IMG/VR virus record: IMGVR_UViG_3300013121_000005
Span: 299,485-363,484 of that record
Length of the DNA stretch: 64,000 bases
Reading direction: 5' to 3' (one strand)
Origin: a virus
Taxonomy: Duplodnaviria > Caudoviricetes
The notes below the pieces were generated by a model. It did no database searches. It saw only the letters and a program-made list of their open reading frames with translations, and was not told the DNA's origin. Of this stretch, positions 29,208-40,279 are shown in pieces. Both the position numbers and the translations under genes were made by a program. How positions within the stretch are numbered: the stretch's first letter is position 1; each line of letters starts with the position of its first letter.

Positions 29208-29330
29208 ATGAAGACCTCGAAAACCTACTGGGACGGGTTGGCGGTTTACGTGGTGTCTGGGTCGGCGTACGATTCGGTCTCATCGGCGAAGAAGCTTCCG
29301 AAGCTTCTGAAGCCTGCGAAGAAGGGGTAA
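29208..29330 (+). CDS. 40-aa peptide paralogous to the N-terminus of the 28918 gene
   Basis: MKTSKTYWDGLAV vs MKTSWDGLAV; duplicated promoter; not in the ORF track. Confidence 0.6.
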   Translation: MKTSKTYWDGLAVYVVSGSAYDSVSSAKKLPKLLKPAKKG

Positions 29331-29332
29331 CC

Positions 29333-30168
29333 ATGGCTCGCCTTACCACTAAGCAGTACAACTTCAACGGGCTTGCTGGGTGTGTGACCCAGAAGAAGGC
29401 CCGTCGGACGGGCACCCTCGTGGGGGTCTACAACAGCGAGCAATCCGAGGTCGGGGATGTCGGAGACCCCCTAACGGCTTGGATGACCGTCTGCGAGGAG
29501 CATGGAATGCTTGTGGGCCATTCGAGCCTCAAGCTCGCTCTCTCTCACTCGTCGGACCCTGAGGGGTGGTGTGAGGATTGTCGAGCCAGGAACAACTGGT
29601 ACGTCCTTGACAATGGGACGGAAGCGTTCTCCTTCAACGACTTCTTCAAGAACGAGAACCTTCCCGTTCTTGTCCGGACCGTAAGGTCAGAGGAAGTCAC
29701 TGAGGATGACATGGAAGGTGTCCGTGACTTGGAGGTGGGAGAGTCCCTAAAGGTCGGGATTGGAGGGACTGAGTTCACGATCACGAGGGTTCCTACAAGC
29801 CGTCCTCTGATTTTCGGTTGAAAAGCCTAAACTCTCTTCGTTGAGAAAGTACAGACATGCCCGCCCGAAAGAACAAGCCTGGGAAGTTCGGATCGACTCC
29901 CAAGTCACTGTCGTACAGCGCTCCGTTTCGAGAGTTCATAGCAAATAAGGTGCTCCAAGAGCGGATGGCAGACATCAAGGCTACTCTGGCCCTTGCGCTC
30001 CTAGCGCAGGAGAGTCAACGTCCTGGCGAGGCCCACTACGTGGGGTGGCCGCAGATGGCTGACGCTCTCTTCTTGGAGAAGCTCGGCTACCTCCAGGAGT
30101 CTAGGGCTGCAAAAGGATGCTTCCATGTGACCGAGAAGTTCAAGGAGTGGGTGACCCCCTCTACGTGA
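29333..30168 (+). CDS. two hypothetical genes (29333-29821, 29857-30168)
   Basis: ORFs with codon bias; promoter between them. Confidence 0.6.
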
Positions 30169-30186
30169 GATACCCCTGGTAAGACC

Positions 30187-30663
30187 ATGCACCCTTATTT
30201 GGAGCAAATAGCCGAGCGTCACGGAATCCCGCTTTCCGATCGATCGTGTTACAACGATTACATGTGGAACGGGCGAGACCTCGCTCGAATGTTCCAGAGC
30301 GAAATTTACGACAAGGAGTATGTCGAGTTTTCGGTGTCGACCCCAAAGCCCATACACGACTTTCAAATGGCACACGAGTTGGCCCATTGGGTTGTGGCGG
30401 ACCCCGTAGAACGTGAGTTCCCGGAATACGGGTGTGAACTTGGAATAGTTGGTTTTGGGGCCTACCCCTGGGGTTCCATCAGCAACCCAAGTGAAAGGGA
30501 TCGCCTGCTAAACGTGGCACCTGGGGTACTCTTGCCAGACGAACAGCTATTTCGTGAAATCTGCGCAGACTTCCTAGGGCAATTTTGGTGTGATTGTGCT
30601 GGTCTCATCACCCCAAAGGAGTGGCGCATTAGTTCCACAAGGCTGGCACCAAGAAGCGCCTGA
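30187..30663 (+). CDS. HExxH protein
   Basis: AHELAHW...PEYG...E motif. Confidence 0.6.
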   Translation: MHPYLEQIAERHGIPLSDRSCYNDYMWNGRDLARMFQSEIYDKEYVEFSVSTPKPIHDFQMAHELAHWVVADPVEREFPEYGCELGIVGFGAYPWGSISNPSERDRLLNVAPGVLLPDEQLFREICADFLGQFWCDCAGLITPKEWRISSTRLAPRSA

Positions 30664-30772
30664 TCTACAAGGCCGACTACAAGGTGGAGCCGGACCCCGA
30701 AGGGTACGCAAAGACCAACCGTTTCACGTTGGTTATGGATGTCGACGCTTCCAAAGCTATGTGGGGTTGAAG

Positions 30773-31652
30773 ATGAAAGGCGACATTCTTCCATTCAAGA
30801 TGACGGCGGAACAACGGAAGATTGCCGTTGAGAAGAGCAAGGCCACCCAAACGCCCGAGTACGAGGGCGTTCGGCTCTTTCGAGCTAAGCTCGAACCCAA
30901 AGCCCCCAAACCGCCCGCCGAACGCCCCAAGACCCTGACCCGAACGTGCGCTTGCTGTGGAAGCTCGGTGAAGGTCAAGCCTGTCAAGGCGAAGCGTCTC
31001 CCGGTCCAACCCCCGAAGCGGTGGTTCCTCTACTACGGCCCTGGTCGCATGACAGGCGGCTTCCGAACGAAGAAGGAAGCCATGAATTGGTACCTCAAGG
31101 GGGGAAGATGAAAACGATTTACAAGTATGAAGTCAAGCCTGGTGAGTTCACGGTTGAAATGCCTGCGAACTCCCAGGTGTTGACTGTCCAAGCGCAGTAC
31201 AACAGTGCCTTCATCTGGGCACTGGTAGACACGGATAACCTCCCCATCATCACCCGTCGGTTCTTTTCGGTCCCCACAGGAGGAAACTGGACGGGTCATC
31301 CCCACTATATCTACGTGGGAACCTTCCAGCTTGAGGGCGGAACCTTGGTGTTTCACCTGTTCGAGGCCCCTACATGAAATTCTATCAAAATGACGGTAAG
31401 CTCAGCCTAGCGGGCCAGGCGTTGTTCAACGCGGTAAAGCTGGCGATCCGCCGCGTCCTCCCCAGAAGGAAGATGAAACGTACACCAATCCTCCATCGAG
31501 AGGTCCCCCTTGGCACTCGGGTACTCATCCCCAAGAACACTTACGTCCGGGACGTTGGCCAAAGAGGGCCCTCCCGAAGGGTCCTGCTCAAAGCACAAAA
31601 TAAAAGAGAGGGGCCTTTTTGGGAGGCCCCTCTCTTCGTCGTTTTTACCTAG
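30773..31652 (+). CDS. three small hypothetical genes (30773-31111, 31108-31377, 31374-31652)
   Basis: ATGA-coupled ORFs; middle one MKTIYKY...YVGTFQL...VFHLFE resembles a common phage small protein. Confidence 0.6.
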
Positions 31653-31656
31653 AAGG

Positions 31657-31914
31657 TCAAGCCCAGGTGATCTTGACCTTCTCCGTCCCCACCGGAACCC
31701 CACGGTCCCGGCTGGCCGAAGCCATCGGGCTATCGAAGCCCGCCTTGTCGACCCAGCGGAGGAGCGCCTTCACGACGATCCGAACCTCCACCTTGGAGGC
31801 CGCACGGCCCTGGGCGACCACGTTCCCATCCCGAAGGACGCGAACCCCGAACACCCCCTTGTTCTTGCCGAGCGCCGTAACCTTGACGACGAACCCGTTG
31901 ACATCCGTCCGCAT
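31657..31914 (-). CDS. hypothetical protein
   Basis: AGGAGG RBS and class-A promoter upstream. Confidence 0.65.
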   Translation of the reverse strand: MRTDVNGFVVKVTALGKNKGVFGVRVLRDGNVVAQGRAASKVEVRIVVKALLRWVDKAGFDSPMASASRDRGVPVGTEKVKITWA

Positions 31915-32654
31915 GACCCGCCTCCTTCCTACCTCTTTTCAACGAAAGAACCAGGAAGCCTTCAAGCAAAAGCCTTTCGATTTATTGCCCCACAAGGTCA
32001 AGGGGCGCGAATTACGCCTCATCACAAGGGAAGCTTTCGAGGAATTTCTCAGCTTGCATACGTTGATACTCACGTAATGCTGCGTCTCTCCTAGCTGGCC
32101 CTGTCTTACCGTGCCCGACCACCTCCTTCCCTTGTTCAGGCGGGTCTTGCTTGCGATGTACCAGGAAAGTGCTGCATTGGCCGTGAGCTGGGTCGGACCC
32201 GTGGACGTAGCCAACCCATGTGGCCACAATGTGCGTTACGCTACGACAGTCACACCCCGGCACACGGCAAGGTCGTGGCTGTCTGCTGTCCTCGCTGCGC
32301 GGCCTACCAATGTCAGCAGTATACCTGTGCGTCGAGAGGTGGTGCCCGCAGTTGACGCACACTTTTCTTCCCATCATCCCACCTCCTTGTCGAGCTGGCG
32401 GGTACGTGCATCACTCAAGGGGTTCAACATCAGACTGCTTCAGCCCCCTCACCAGACCCACTACGGCCCCAACAACCAACATCGCGACGTGGGGGATGTT
32501 CTCAGGCGAACGTAGCAAGAACACAGCACAACCAAAAGTCATCCGCAACCCCCCGAAGACGTAGAGACCCAAAAAGAAATTCAACACAACTTCCCCCAAG
32601 AAACTACATGTGGTTCGTTTGCAGTTTCATGTACCCAGCTAGAGTTTCCCAAGG

Positions 32655-32918
32655 TCACTTTCTTCGAGGCTGAGGAAGGAACGTGTAGGCAGCTACCAGG
32701 TAGCCCACCCCCATGCCTACCCCCTCCTCAGCCTTAGCTCGGACCCATACCTCTACAGCAGGTTGCCTCGACCCATCGTACCCTAGGATCGGAGTCGAAC
32801 CAAGAACCGTATAAACCTCGATCTCCTTGTTCTCCAAGAACATCTCCATTTGGAGACGCTTGAGAAGCCTCTCCGCCTCCCCCTCTGTCAGGGTTAACGC
32901 ACGCTTTTGACAGGTCAT
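32655..32918 (-). CDS. hypothetical protein (paralog of 41579..41839)
   Basis: RALTLT..A.RLL..IEVYTV..DGS..PAVEV.VRA..GMG.G shared. Confidence 0.7.
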   Translation of the reverse strand: MTCQKRALTLTEGEAERLLKRLQMEMFLENKEIEVYTVLGSTPILGYDGSRQPAVEVWVRAKAEEGVGMGVGYLVAAYTFLPQPRRK

Positions 32919-33349
32919 TTGAGTACCCCATAGCAGCAGATAGGACAGTCTGGATCCCCCTCACAATGACACAACCCCTTGAACTCTAGAGGGGGTCCGA
33001 TTCGGACCTTGGCTAGAACTCTTCCTATGTCTTCTTGTTCAACCTTGTAGACCAAGGCTACTGCCAACCGATGTTTGCAGTGATTCCCCCTGTCCTCACT
33101 GTCTGGGCAAGAGCATGTACTTTGTTTCGAGATAGGGTCGACCGTAACAAGGTAGTCCCCTTCCACCCCCTCTACGAGCCAGTCCTTCCCCCCTAAGGGG
33201 GTACACTCCCCTACCAGTGCCAGGGTCCGTTGAAGGCGCCTTCGTAGTTGAGGGTTGGCCTCCCCCCATTGAGCTGCTAGCTCGACCATCCGTTGTGCAG
33301 GAGAGACCCCCATCCTACCCTCCACACCCGCAGGGGTACAGTGCAGCAC
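32915..33349 (-). CDS. SWIM zinc-finger protein
   Basis: CSCPD...CKHRLAV. Confidence 0.75.
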   Translation of the reverse strand: MLHCTPAGVEGRMGVSPAQRMVELAAQWGEANPQLRRRLQRTLALVGECTPLGGKDWLVEGVEGDYLVTVDPISKQSTCSCPDSEDRGNHCKHRLAVALVYKVEQEDIGRVLAKVRIGPPLEFKGLCHCEGDPDCPICCYGVLK

Positions 33350-33499
33350 TCCGCCAACTGTACCCCTTCAGCCTTTCGACCCCTCCGCAGACAGAGCACT
33401 TCCGTTCCATGAACACTCGGAACTCAGGCCCACTCTCACCCTGCAACTCCTTAGCCTCTCCGGTCTTGCCCGCCTCTCCAACGTAGAGTGTCGACATCT

Positions 33500-33565
33500 T
33501 CGTATCCAGTCCTTCCTCGTATCCTATCTATGAAGACTGGATACGATTAGTTCGTATCCAGTCTT
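33500..33565. promoter_or_regulatory. operator-like cluster of TCGTATCC(AGTC) sites
   Basis: Direct copies at 33500, 33517, 33552; inverted copy 33533-33546 forming a 14-bp inverted repeat. Confidence 0.55.
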
Positions 33566-33809
33566 TGAAACTCAAGGGTAGCGGCACAACATTTTCCTGA
33601 GAAAAAACCGCTCGATTATTTGTCGGGGCCCTTGCCTTCGGTCGTATACGGCACATTCAGTTAACGTACGGTTATGGTCCGATGGTAAGGTCCGGGACAG
33701 AAAACACACAGAAAGAGTACACCCTTCAATGAACGAGGGGTCAACCTTTCGACAGGGGACCCATGAGGGTTACAAAATGTGGCCCGGTGGATTTTTCGTC
33801 CTAAACGGG

Positions 33810-34109
33810 TTATTCCTTGTCCTGGAGACCCTTGAGTTTTGCTCGAAGGTCTGCAACCTCAATCTCCAACTTGAACTTGGCGACGAAATTCTCCTGCAAC
33901 ACGTCCCTTAGGCAAGCGAGTTCTAAGACGGCATCGAGGCTACGTGGGAGGTCGAAGTAGTTGTGTCCTGGGTCGTGGTGGGCACAGAGCCATACGATGG
34001 GTCCTGGCTTCAGTCGATTCGTTGTGTTGTCGACGACGAGCCCGCAAACGCCTCCATCCCATCAGGTAGCGTTACGGGTACACCCTTGGACGATACACTT
34101 GGGTCGCAT
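33810..34109 (-). pseudogene. 99-codon ORF interrupted by in-frame TGA at codon 16
   Basis: MRPKCIVQGCTRNAT*WDGG...LCAHHD...coiled-coil; CGTTAA box and GGAG upstream. Confidence 0.6.
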
Positions 34110-34256
34110 GGTACTCCTTTAACGAAGGAGCTGAGGGTTTTGAAATGTGGCTCGGTGGATTTTCAGGGTTGGGCGGTGAAACCCCTGAGGGTCGAAATTT
34201 CCTACGGTGGAAATTTCAGGAGCCCAGGGTCGAAACCCCGGTGTAAAGAGAAAGAG

Positions 34257-35131
34257 ATGTCACCTGACAAGATCAAAGCTTTGAAGGATGCAGCGCCCAC
34301 GGTTTGGGTAGGTGATCGTTTTGACTGTGGGGATGGGTGGTTTGGGATCCTTCTGGGGCTGAGTTCGACCCTTGCTCAGCTTGAGGTTAGCGTCTCTGGG
34401 GTGAAGGAGAAGTATGCGGGGTTGGACTGGTACGTGAGTAACCCGAACCCCCCGTATGGACCTCCTGAGGTTGGGGCGCTCTTACTGGAGGCGAGGAATC
34501 AGAGTCTGGTCACGTGTGAGATTTGCGGTGGGCCTGGGAAGGTGTGTGCAAACCAGAACGAATGGGAGCAGACTCTTTGCCCTAAGCACTGTAACGAAAA
34601 AGGGTACAACTATCCTTGGGCAGAGGGTGAAGAGAAGGTGAGGAGACTTGTTGACGCTGCATGCGACTTGCTGCGTAAGTCCACGAACCGTACAGGCTCG
34701 GCTGAGCGCAATGCCTTGAGGGACTATGACCCGAATTGGGAGACCCGATGATCACGAAGCAGATTGTGGCGTACGGAAAGCAAGTTGTATTGGCCTGCGA
34801 TGGTCAGTGTAACAAAGCGTGGGGGTTTAACGGACGTCCTCAACTTTTCTTCATGGAGGGTGGGCCTCCACGTGCTCTTCGGAAGGGGGAGGAGCCCCGG
34901 GACTACGATGACTACGTTTGGGTTGGGGACGATGAGCTGGGGGAAGCTCCAGCGGACCCGGGCACGTATGAAGGGGGGCACGGCAAGCCCTCTGGGACCC
35001 CCATCACGGATGGGGACCGGATGAACAAGTGGTGCTTCCGTGAATGCGAGCGAAGTTCGAGTTTCAATCCGAATGAGCCGATCCTTCTCCGAGACTTGAA
35101 GAAGCCTCGTCCGAATATCCCACGGCCATGA
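34257..35131 (+). CDS. two hypothetical genes (34257-34751, 34748-35131)
   Basis: CGDGW..VKEKYAGL..TCEICG family; CDGQCNKAWG..NKWCFRECERS family. Confidence 0.7.
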
Positions 35132-36047
35132 CGACGAATAGAGTCCACGTCAAGTTCTTGTTTGACCTCGGCCTTTCTTCCCCAGAGATGGGGGATCTAG
35201 TCGAGTTAATCCGCTTGGCTAGCGTGGTTGAAGAGTATAGGTACGACTCAAGTAGTTACAACCAAACAGTCATTTTGGTTGTAGAGTGTCACCTAGAGGA
35301 CCTTGAGCGAATCCAGAAGGCGTGCAGTCGCTATGATGAAGCCCAGGGCACCCTCTTGTTCGGATTTAGGTATGTCCCGAAGCAAGTCTTACGAAGGGAC
35401 CAGGTGAAAGAGGTTGGAGAGTATCTTGACCGCTTGCGTACCCAACCGAAGATAATTCACCCTACGTGTTCTCCAGAGTTTGACATCAATTTCATGATCT
35501 CGTGTGACGATTTCAAGGATCTTGACCTTGCGGTCTTGTTCGCGGCACAACGTGAGAAGACGAGGTTCGATCGTCTTCTTCTTGAGGACACCTGATGGCA
35601 CCTTGTGTAGAATGTGGGGCTCTGAGCCAAGTCCCCATACGCGGTCTAGCTCATGTTATTTGCGACTCGTGCCATGAAAAGCGGCGACAAGAAGGTCGGA
35701 ACCGAGTTGAAAGGTTATGCAGTGGCTGCCAAAGGCTGCTATACTACGAGGCACGCGAGACGCCCTCTGAGTTTTGTGCCATTTGCCGAGAATTCGGTGA
35801 CTCGCCTAAGGAGGGCGTTATCGACCGAGCGTTCAAGGACAAAAGCGGAGACCCAGTGCTCTATGTGGCAACGAGGGACATTTTCCTGGACAGGGACACA
35901 AGGATTCTATCTGGTACCCGCGTAGTCTTCGACGGTGTGGTCCTAGATACCCATGGGCATAGGGTTAGGGCGCCGGAACTCAATGAAGTTATTCGGTCGG
36001 GAGGGCTTAAACCCCGTAAGTTACGGGACCGTTTTGAGCGGCTCTAG
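35128..36047 (+). CDS. two hypothetical genes with C-terminal RF(D/E)RL (35128-35595, 35595-36047)
   Basis: Coupled ORFs; second is a multi-CxxC Zn-finger protein. Confidence 0.7.
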
Positions 36048-36070
36048 AGGGTTTGGTGTAAGGAAGAGAA

Positions 36071-36337
36071 ATGGACCCAGCAGAGCAGTTGAAGAGGGCG
36101 AAGGCGAAGGCAGCGCAGAAGGCTCTGGATGTTTACTACACGGAGCTGACCCGGGCCTGTATGGAGCTTGGGGTTGAGATCGGCACCTTGGTAGGGGAGC
36201 ACCAGCATACGATGTTGGTGTTGACCTCGAAGGGCTCCAATGTAGTAGTGGAGGCGCAATGGATGGTTTCAGACCATCCAGCTCTCATCAAGAAGGCGAG
36301 AGATCGGATGAATGCAGAAAGGAAGAAGGGATGTTAG
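36071..36337 (+). CDS. hypothetical protein
   Basis: GGTGTA 10 nt upstream. Confidence 0.65.
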   Translation: MDPAEQLKRAKAKAAQKALDVYYTELTRACMELGVEIGTLVGEHQHTMLVLTSKGSNVVVEAQWMVSDHPALIKKARDRMNAERKKGC

Positions 36338-36534
36338 TGTACATCAACGGAACCGAAGTGGAGATGGGTTCGACGTTCGTCTCGTATGACGACGTGGTAG
36401 CGAAGGCGAAGATGAAGGGGTGGCCTTCGGTAACGTTCTACACCTCGGATGATGAGACGAGGGGTAACCTGTCTCCTGGCTGTAGCGTAACTCTACTGCC
36501 AGGGATGTTCTTCAACGTGTACCATACGGGATGA
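36331..36534 (+). CDS. multiubiquitin-like (beta-grasp) small protein
   Basis: VYINGTEV...VSYDDVV...SVTF...LSPGCSV...GMFFNVYHT pattern. Confidence 0.6.
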   Translation: MLVYINGTEVEMGSTFVSYDDVVAKAKMKGWPSVTFYTSDDETRGNLSPGCSVTLLPGMFFNVYHTG

Positions 36535-36999
36535 AACTAACCTTTTTACTTGAGGTGACTTCGCCGGGGCACTACGACCTTCTTGAGTCTATTTCGAGGG
36601 GGGGTGAAGTCCCTCAAGCTCCACTACCAGTTTATTAGCGGTGTCAAAGCGGCTGTCCTAGAAGTCGTCCTCGTATGTGACACCCTAAGTGAAGTTGAGC
36701 ACGTACGCACTTGTTGGCTTAGAGCAGAAACGCTCCTCGGGCCTATTAAGAGTGTAGTTTCATTCACCTTTTTGACCTCAAGGGTTCCTCTTGAGGTCAA
36801 GGGTCATACGGAATGGCTTGAGAACCTATCTGGGGTACTCCGGGTTAGCTGTGTGGAGTTTCCCCCTGCTGAAGCCGAGTACACGGTACGGTTCATGAGC
36901 GAGAAGTTTTTGGTTGTGTCCCTCCCTGCAATCATCGGGCAGGTCCAATCCAAGTTTGAACGTCTCCTTCTAGACAACGGGGTACCTTGTTCGCCTTAG
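36531..36999 (+). pseudogene. paralog of the 35128 gene, frameshifted at G7 tract 36598-36604
   Basis: ATGA-coupled start 36531 is out of frame with ORF 36583..36999; G6 restores the frame. Confidence 0.55.
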
Positions 37000-37018
37000 C
37001 TCTAGAAGAACTAGACTT

Positions 37019-37315
37019 ATGCTGAACCCCTACCATAGGTATTTGAAGGAGTTAGAGCTTAACCCCTTGGTGGGGAAGCTACCCGTAGATGAGCCTCCGA
37101 ATCCCCGCAGTGTTGAGACGACTTTGGGCTGGCTCGCCCATGAGATTGGGCGGCTGACCCAGCGTGCGTCCCTTCTCGGCGCCGCCACCCCCCAGGGAGA
37201 AGAGGTGACCCTTGGGGCATACCGTAGCTTGTACGAGGAGCTATTTTGGAGGGCGCAGCGCTTGAGCTGTCGAACGAGGTTCGAGCTTTTTCTTCAAGCT
37301 GAGGATCGGTCGTAG
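37019..37315 (+). CDS. hypothetical protein
   Basis: ORF ending RTRFELF... Confidence 0.6.
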   Translation: MLNPYHRYLKELELNPLVGKLPVDEPPNPRSVETTLGWLAHEIGRLTQRASLLGAATPQGEEVTLGAYRSLYEELFWRAQRLSCRTRFELFLQAEDRS

Positions 37316-38073
37316 TCGTACCTAGCGGTGAGTGCCCTTGGGGCCAGCTCCCGCATATCGGCGAAGAAGTTCCAGACAATCCACTTGTTCGAGAGGTCCT
37401 CAAAAACCTCTAGGAACTTTTTGGACTCCTTTTCCGTGTACATGACACGGCGCATTTCTTTCTCGATCTCTTCCGAAGCCTGCTTGGCTTCTGCCTCTTG
37501 TTCGAGGAGGGCGATAGGGTCCTTGTCCGTGAGGAACTTGTCCAAGATGAAGACGATTCGCTTGAGGGGTGCTTCGATGGGATCCCTCCACAGAACCTCT
37601 TCCCTATCCATCTTGAGGACAGTTTCGTAACTATCGAGAATCCTCTTTGCCCTACCCAGTTGGACCTTCACATCGGAAAACTGATAGTCCCTCTCGGTAG
37701 GGATTGCGTACGCAAAGCTCTCTGCGAACTGGTGCTTGTCGGCTCGGTCAACCCCTAGCTCGGGGTTCTTCATGACGGCTTCGTACTCAGTTTTGCCCAT
37801 TCCGATGATATGAGCTAGCAAGTCGTTGTAGCCGTCATCCCCAAGCCCCGATACTTCCTTGGAAAGCTTCTTGTCGAGCTTATCCTTGATCTTGCGGAAG
37901 GTCGTCGCAAACCCAGCGGCTTCTTGGGGGGTCAGTGCCTTCATCAGGTACTGCCTAACCGCATTGTAGTCTCGCGTCTTAGTCCCCCATTTGATTGGGT
38001 CTACAATACGCCAGAAGGTGCTTTCCGGCACTGCGACTGCAACCTTGGATGTAAAGTCGTAAGAATAGCTCAT
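37294..38073 (-). CDS. hypothetical protein, DUF4240-like N-terminus, YDYDR motifs
   Basis: ESTFWRIVD...GDDGYNDLLAHIIGMG; MSYSYDF start and YDYDRSSA end. Confidence 0.7.
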   Translation of the reverse strand: MSYSYDFTSKVAVAVPESTFWRIVDPIKWGTKTRDYNAVRQYLMKALTPQEAAGFATTFRKIKDKLDKKLSKEVSGLGDDGYNDLLAHIIGMGKTEYEAVMKNPELGVDRADKHQFAESFAYAIPTERDYQFSDVKVQLGRAKRILDSYETVLKMDREEVLWRDPIEAPLKRIVFILDKFLTDKDPIALLEQEAEAKQASEEIEKEMRRVMYTEKESKKFLEVFEDLSNKWIVWNFFADMRELAPRALTARYDYDRSSA

Positions 38074-38106
38074 ACTTGTCGAGGGGTACTAAAAGAGTAC
38101 TGTTCG

Positions 38107-38619
38107 TTACTCTCGGGTAGTGCCAAGGGACTCAGGGCTCAAGATAGACAGGGGACGGCCAGCCGCATCAATGATGCCAGCTTTCTGGCCTTCCTTCACG
38201 AGTGTTTTAAGGTAGCTCCTACGCTTTGAGGCGGGGAGGTCACCAAAACGATAGTAAGAATGTTCTATTTCGAGGCCATAGTCCTCGTTGCCCTTGTACC
38301 AAGACCTGGCGGAAGCCCCAATGTGACGCATGAGGGCGTACTCCCACCCAAGGAAGCTTACCTCATCTGCGAGGTATGGCTTATCGTTCGTGGCGAAGAT
38401 GTGCCCCATCTCATGGATCACATCATACCATCGAACCTCCCCACAATAGAGGATTCTCCGAGTAGGCCAAGCGATCCCGATAAGGAGGTTTGTGAACGGC
38501 GCCCTAAAAAAGGAATCGAAGATGGAGCCCTTTTGGTTCCATGCCGTCTCGTTGACCTTTACGATGTCCCCACCCCATGCGCGAGCAATGGACTGAAGCT
38601 TTCTCAACTCTGGGCCCAT
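38107..38619 (-). CDS. HExxH protein (likely leaderless)
   Basis: VIHEMGH; ATG 6 nt after CGTTTA. Confidence 0.65.
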   Translation of the reverse strand: MGPELRKLQSIARAWGGDIVKVNETAWNQKGSIFDSFFRAPFTNLLIGIAWPTRRILYCGEVRWYDVIHEMGHIFATNDKPYLADEVSFLGWEYALMRHIGASARSWYKGNEDYGLEIEHSYYRFGDLPASKRRSYLKTLVKEGQKAGIIDAAGRPLSILSPESLGTTRE

Positions 38620-38662
38620 AGGCTTTAAACGAAGAAGGGGGTTTCTTTCAACCCCCTTTCTT

Positions 38663-40279
38663 TCACTCGTTCTCGTTGGCCCAGTCGACATCTTCAGGCG
38701 CGACGGGAATGTTCGCTTCGATGGCGAACTGGATGAGGGTCTTGAGGGGATCCTCTCCCGGGGACGTGTATTTGGAGATCCAGGCGATGAGCCGGAGCCC
38801 ATCTACTGTTGCTTCCCGGAAGAGGTTCCGGTCAGCCCCTGCCTGAAAAAAGTCCGTGGGATCCTGCCATCGGTTGTGCTTCTTGACGTTCTCCTCGTAT
38901 TGGCGGAGAGCCTCCTGGTACTCCCTCTTTGTGGCGAAGTCCTTCTGCACGGGGCTTACGGGGGGAGGGGGTTTCTCAGCGCGCTCTTCCTGCTTGTATC
39001 CGTAAAGCGTCCGAAGGCATCGAAATTCATCGTTGGTTAGTGTGACAGCCCCCGAGGTATGCCCACCCAAAAGACGGGTCAGTGCAGACGCCAGAGGCGT
39101 CGTAACGACGCTACCTTGGTGGGACTTAGGTCGATTCATGCTTGCTTAACGAAGAAGGAGGAGTTCTTTCAACCAGAACCTTAGTGGCGACTAAGAATAG
39201 ACCCGTCCCACTTGTATACCTCCGTCAGGAACTTCTGGTTCAAGTCCGTATAGCGTTCGTCTAACGTTTCCAAAGAAGGGACTGGGTGAATGTAGACCGA
39301 AGTGTGGGTTTGGTAGACCGGATCTACTGTCAGGTTGAACTCCCTAACCGCGAAGTCTCTCACTTCAGGGTTGAGCGTGGGGTTGAGAATGACCACGCAG
39401 GGTGAGCCTTTGTAGTAAGCTTTCAGGTAAACCAGGGCGAGGTCTGGCAGGTCCACCAAGGACCTTGGAGCTTCGGTTTTCGGGAGATCGTTCTGAATCT
39501 CCCGGTAGAGCACATCCTTCTGTACCGTAAAACGGTTGGTAACCGTTCTGTAGTTACCGTCAGGTTGACGCAGGTAGTACTCGATCCTTTTCCCGTAGAC
39601 TTTGGGGTCCTTCCAAGAGCCGGAATGGGGATCGTCCTCTTTGAGAAAACTATGGATGTAGGCCCTGCGATGGAGTTCCTCGCAGAATGTGTCGTAGGCT
39701 TGGTCTACAGCTTGGCAACCCAATCCTTCCGTCGTGAAGTACTGGGTTCGGGTCTGGCCGTCTGTAGTGATGTCCACACGCCAGGACTCAATTTGAACGG
39801 TATGTGTGTCGTTAGGCATGAGAGTCTCTTCAGGGGTTCCCATTCGGCAAAGTAAACCAGGTCCGTAGGGGAGAGAAAGCGGAGTGTCCTACCTTGGACT
39901 CCCATTCAGCAAAGCAGGTTTTGACTTGATCGGGTAGGATGCGGTCTACATCATCCTTTTTGAATCGGGCGTTGAGCGTGTCTGAGGCCGTCATTTGGCC
40001 TACATAGACATACCCCATTTGAAAAAAGGTATCCCAGTGCTCCTGTAGCCGACATGTGTTCTCGGTGAAGTAGTGCCAGCTTCCATCATGAAGCTGGCAA
40101 ATCCCCAAGATGGAATTCTCTAGCCGAAACGCATAGATGATTGGTTTTCTACAACGGGAGCAGATGTCTCCGGGCCCGTACACGTAGCATTCATGCCAGG
40201 GGGTGATTGCTGCCTGGCAGCAATCCGAGAGAGGCATGACCACATCCACCCAAGGTAAATCGCTAGATTGACTTGTCAT
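38663..40279 (-). CDS. three hypothetical genes (38663-39139, 39181-39843, 39830-40279)
   Basis: Contiguous minus-strand ORFs. Confidence 0.65.
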
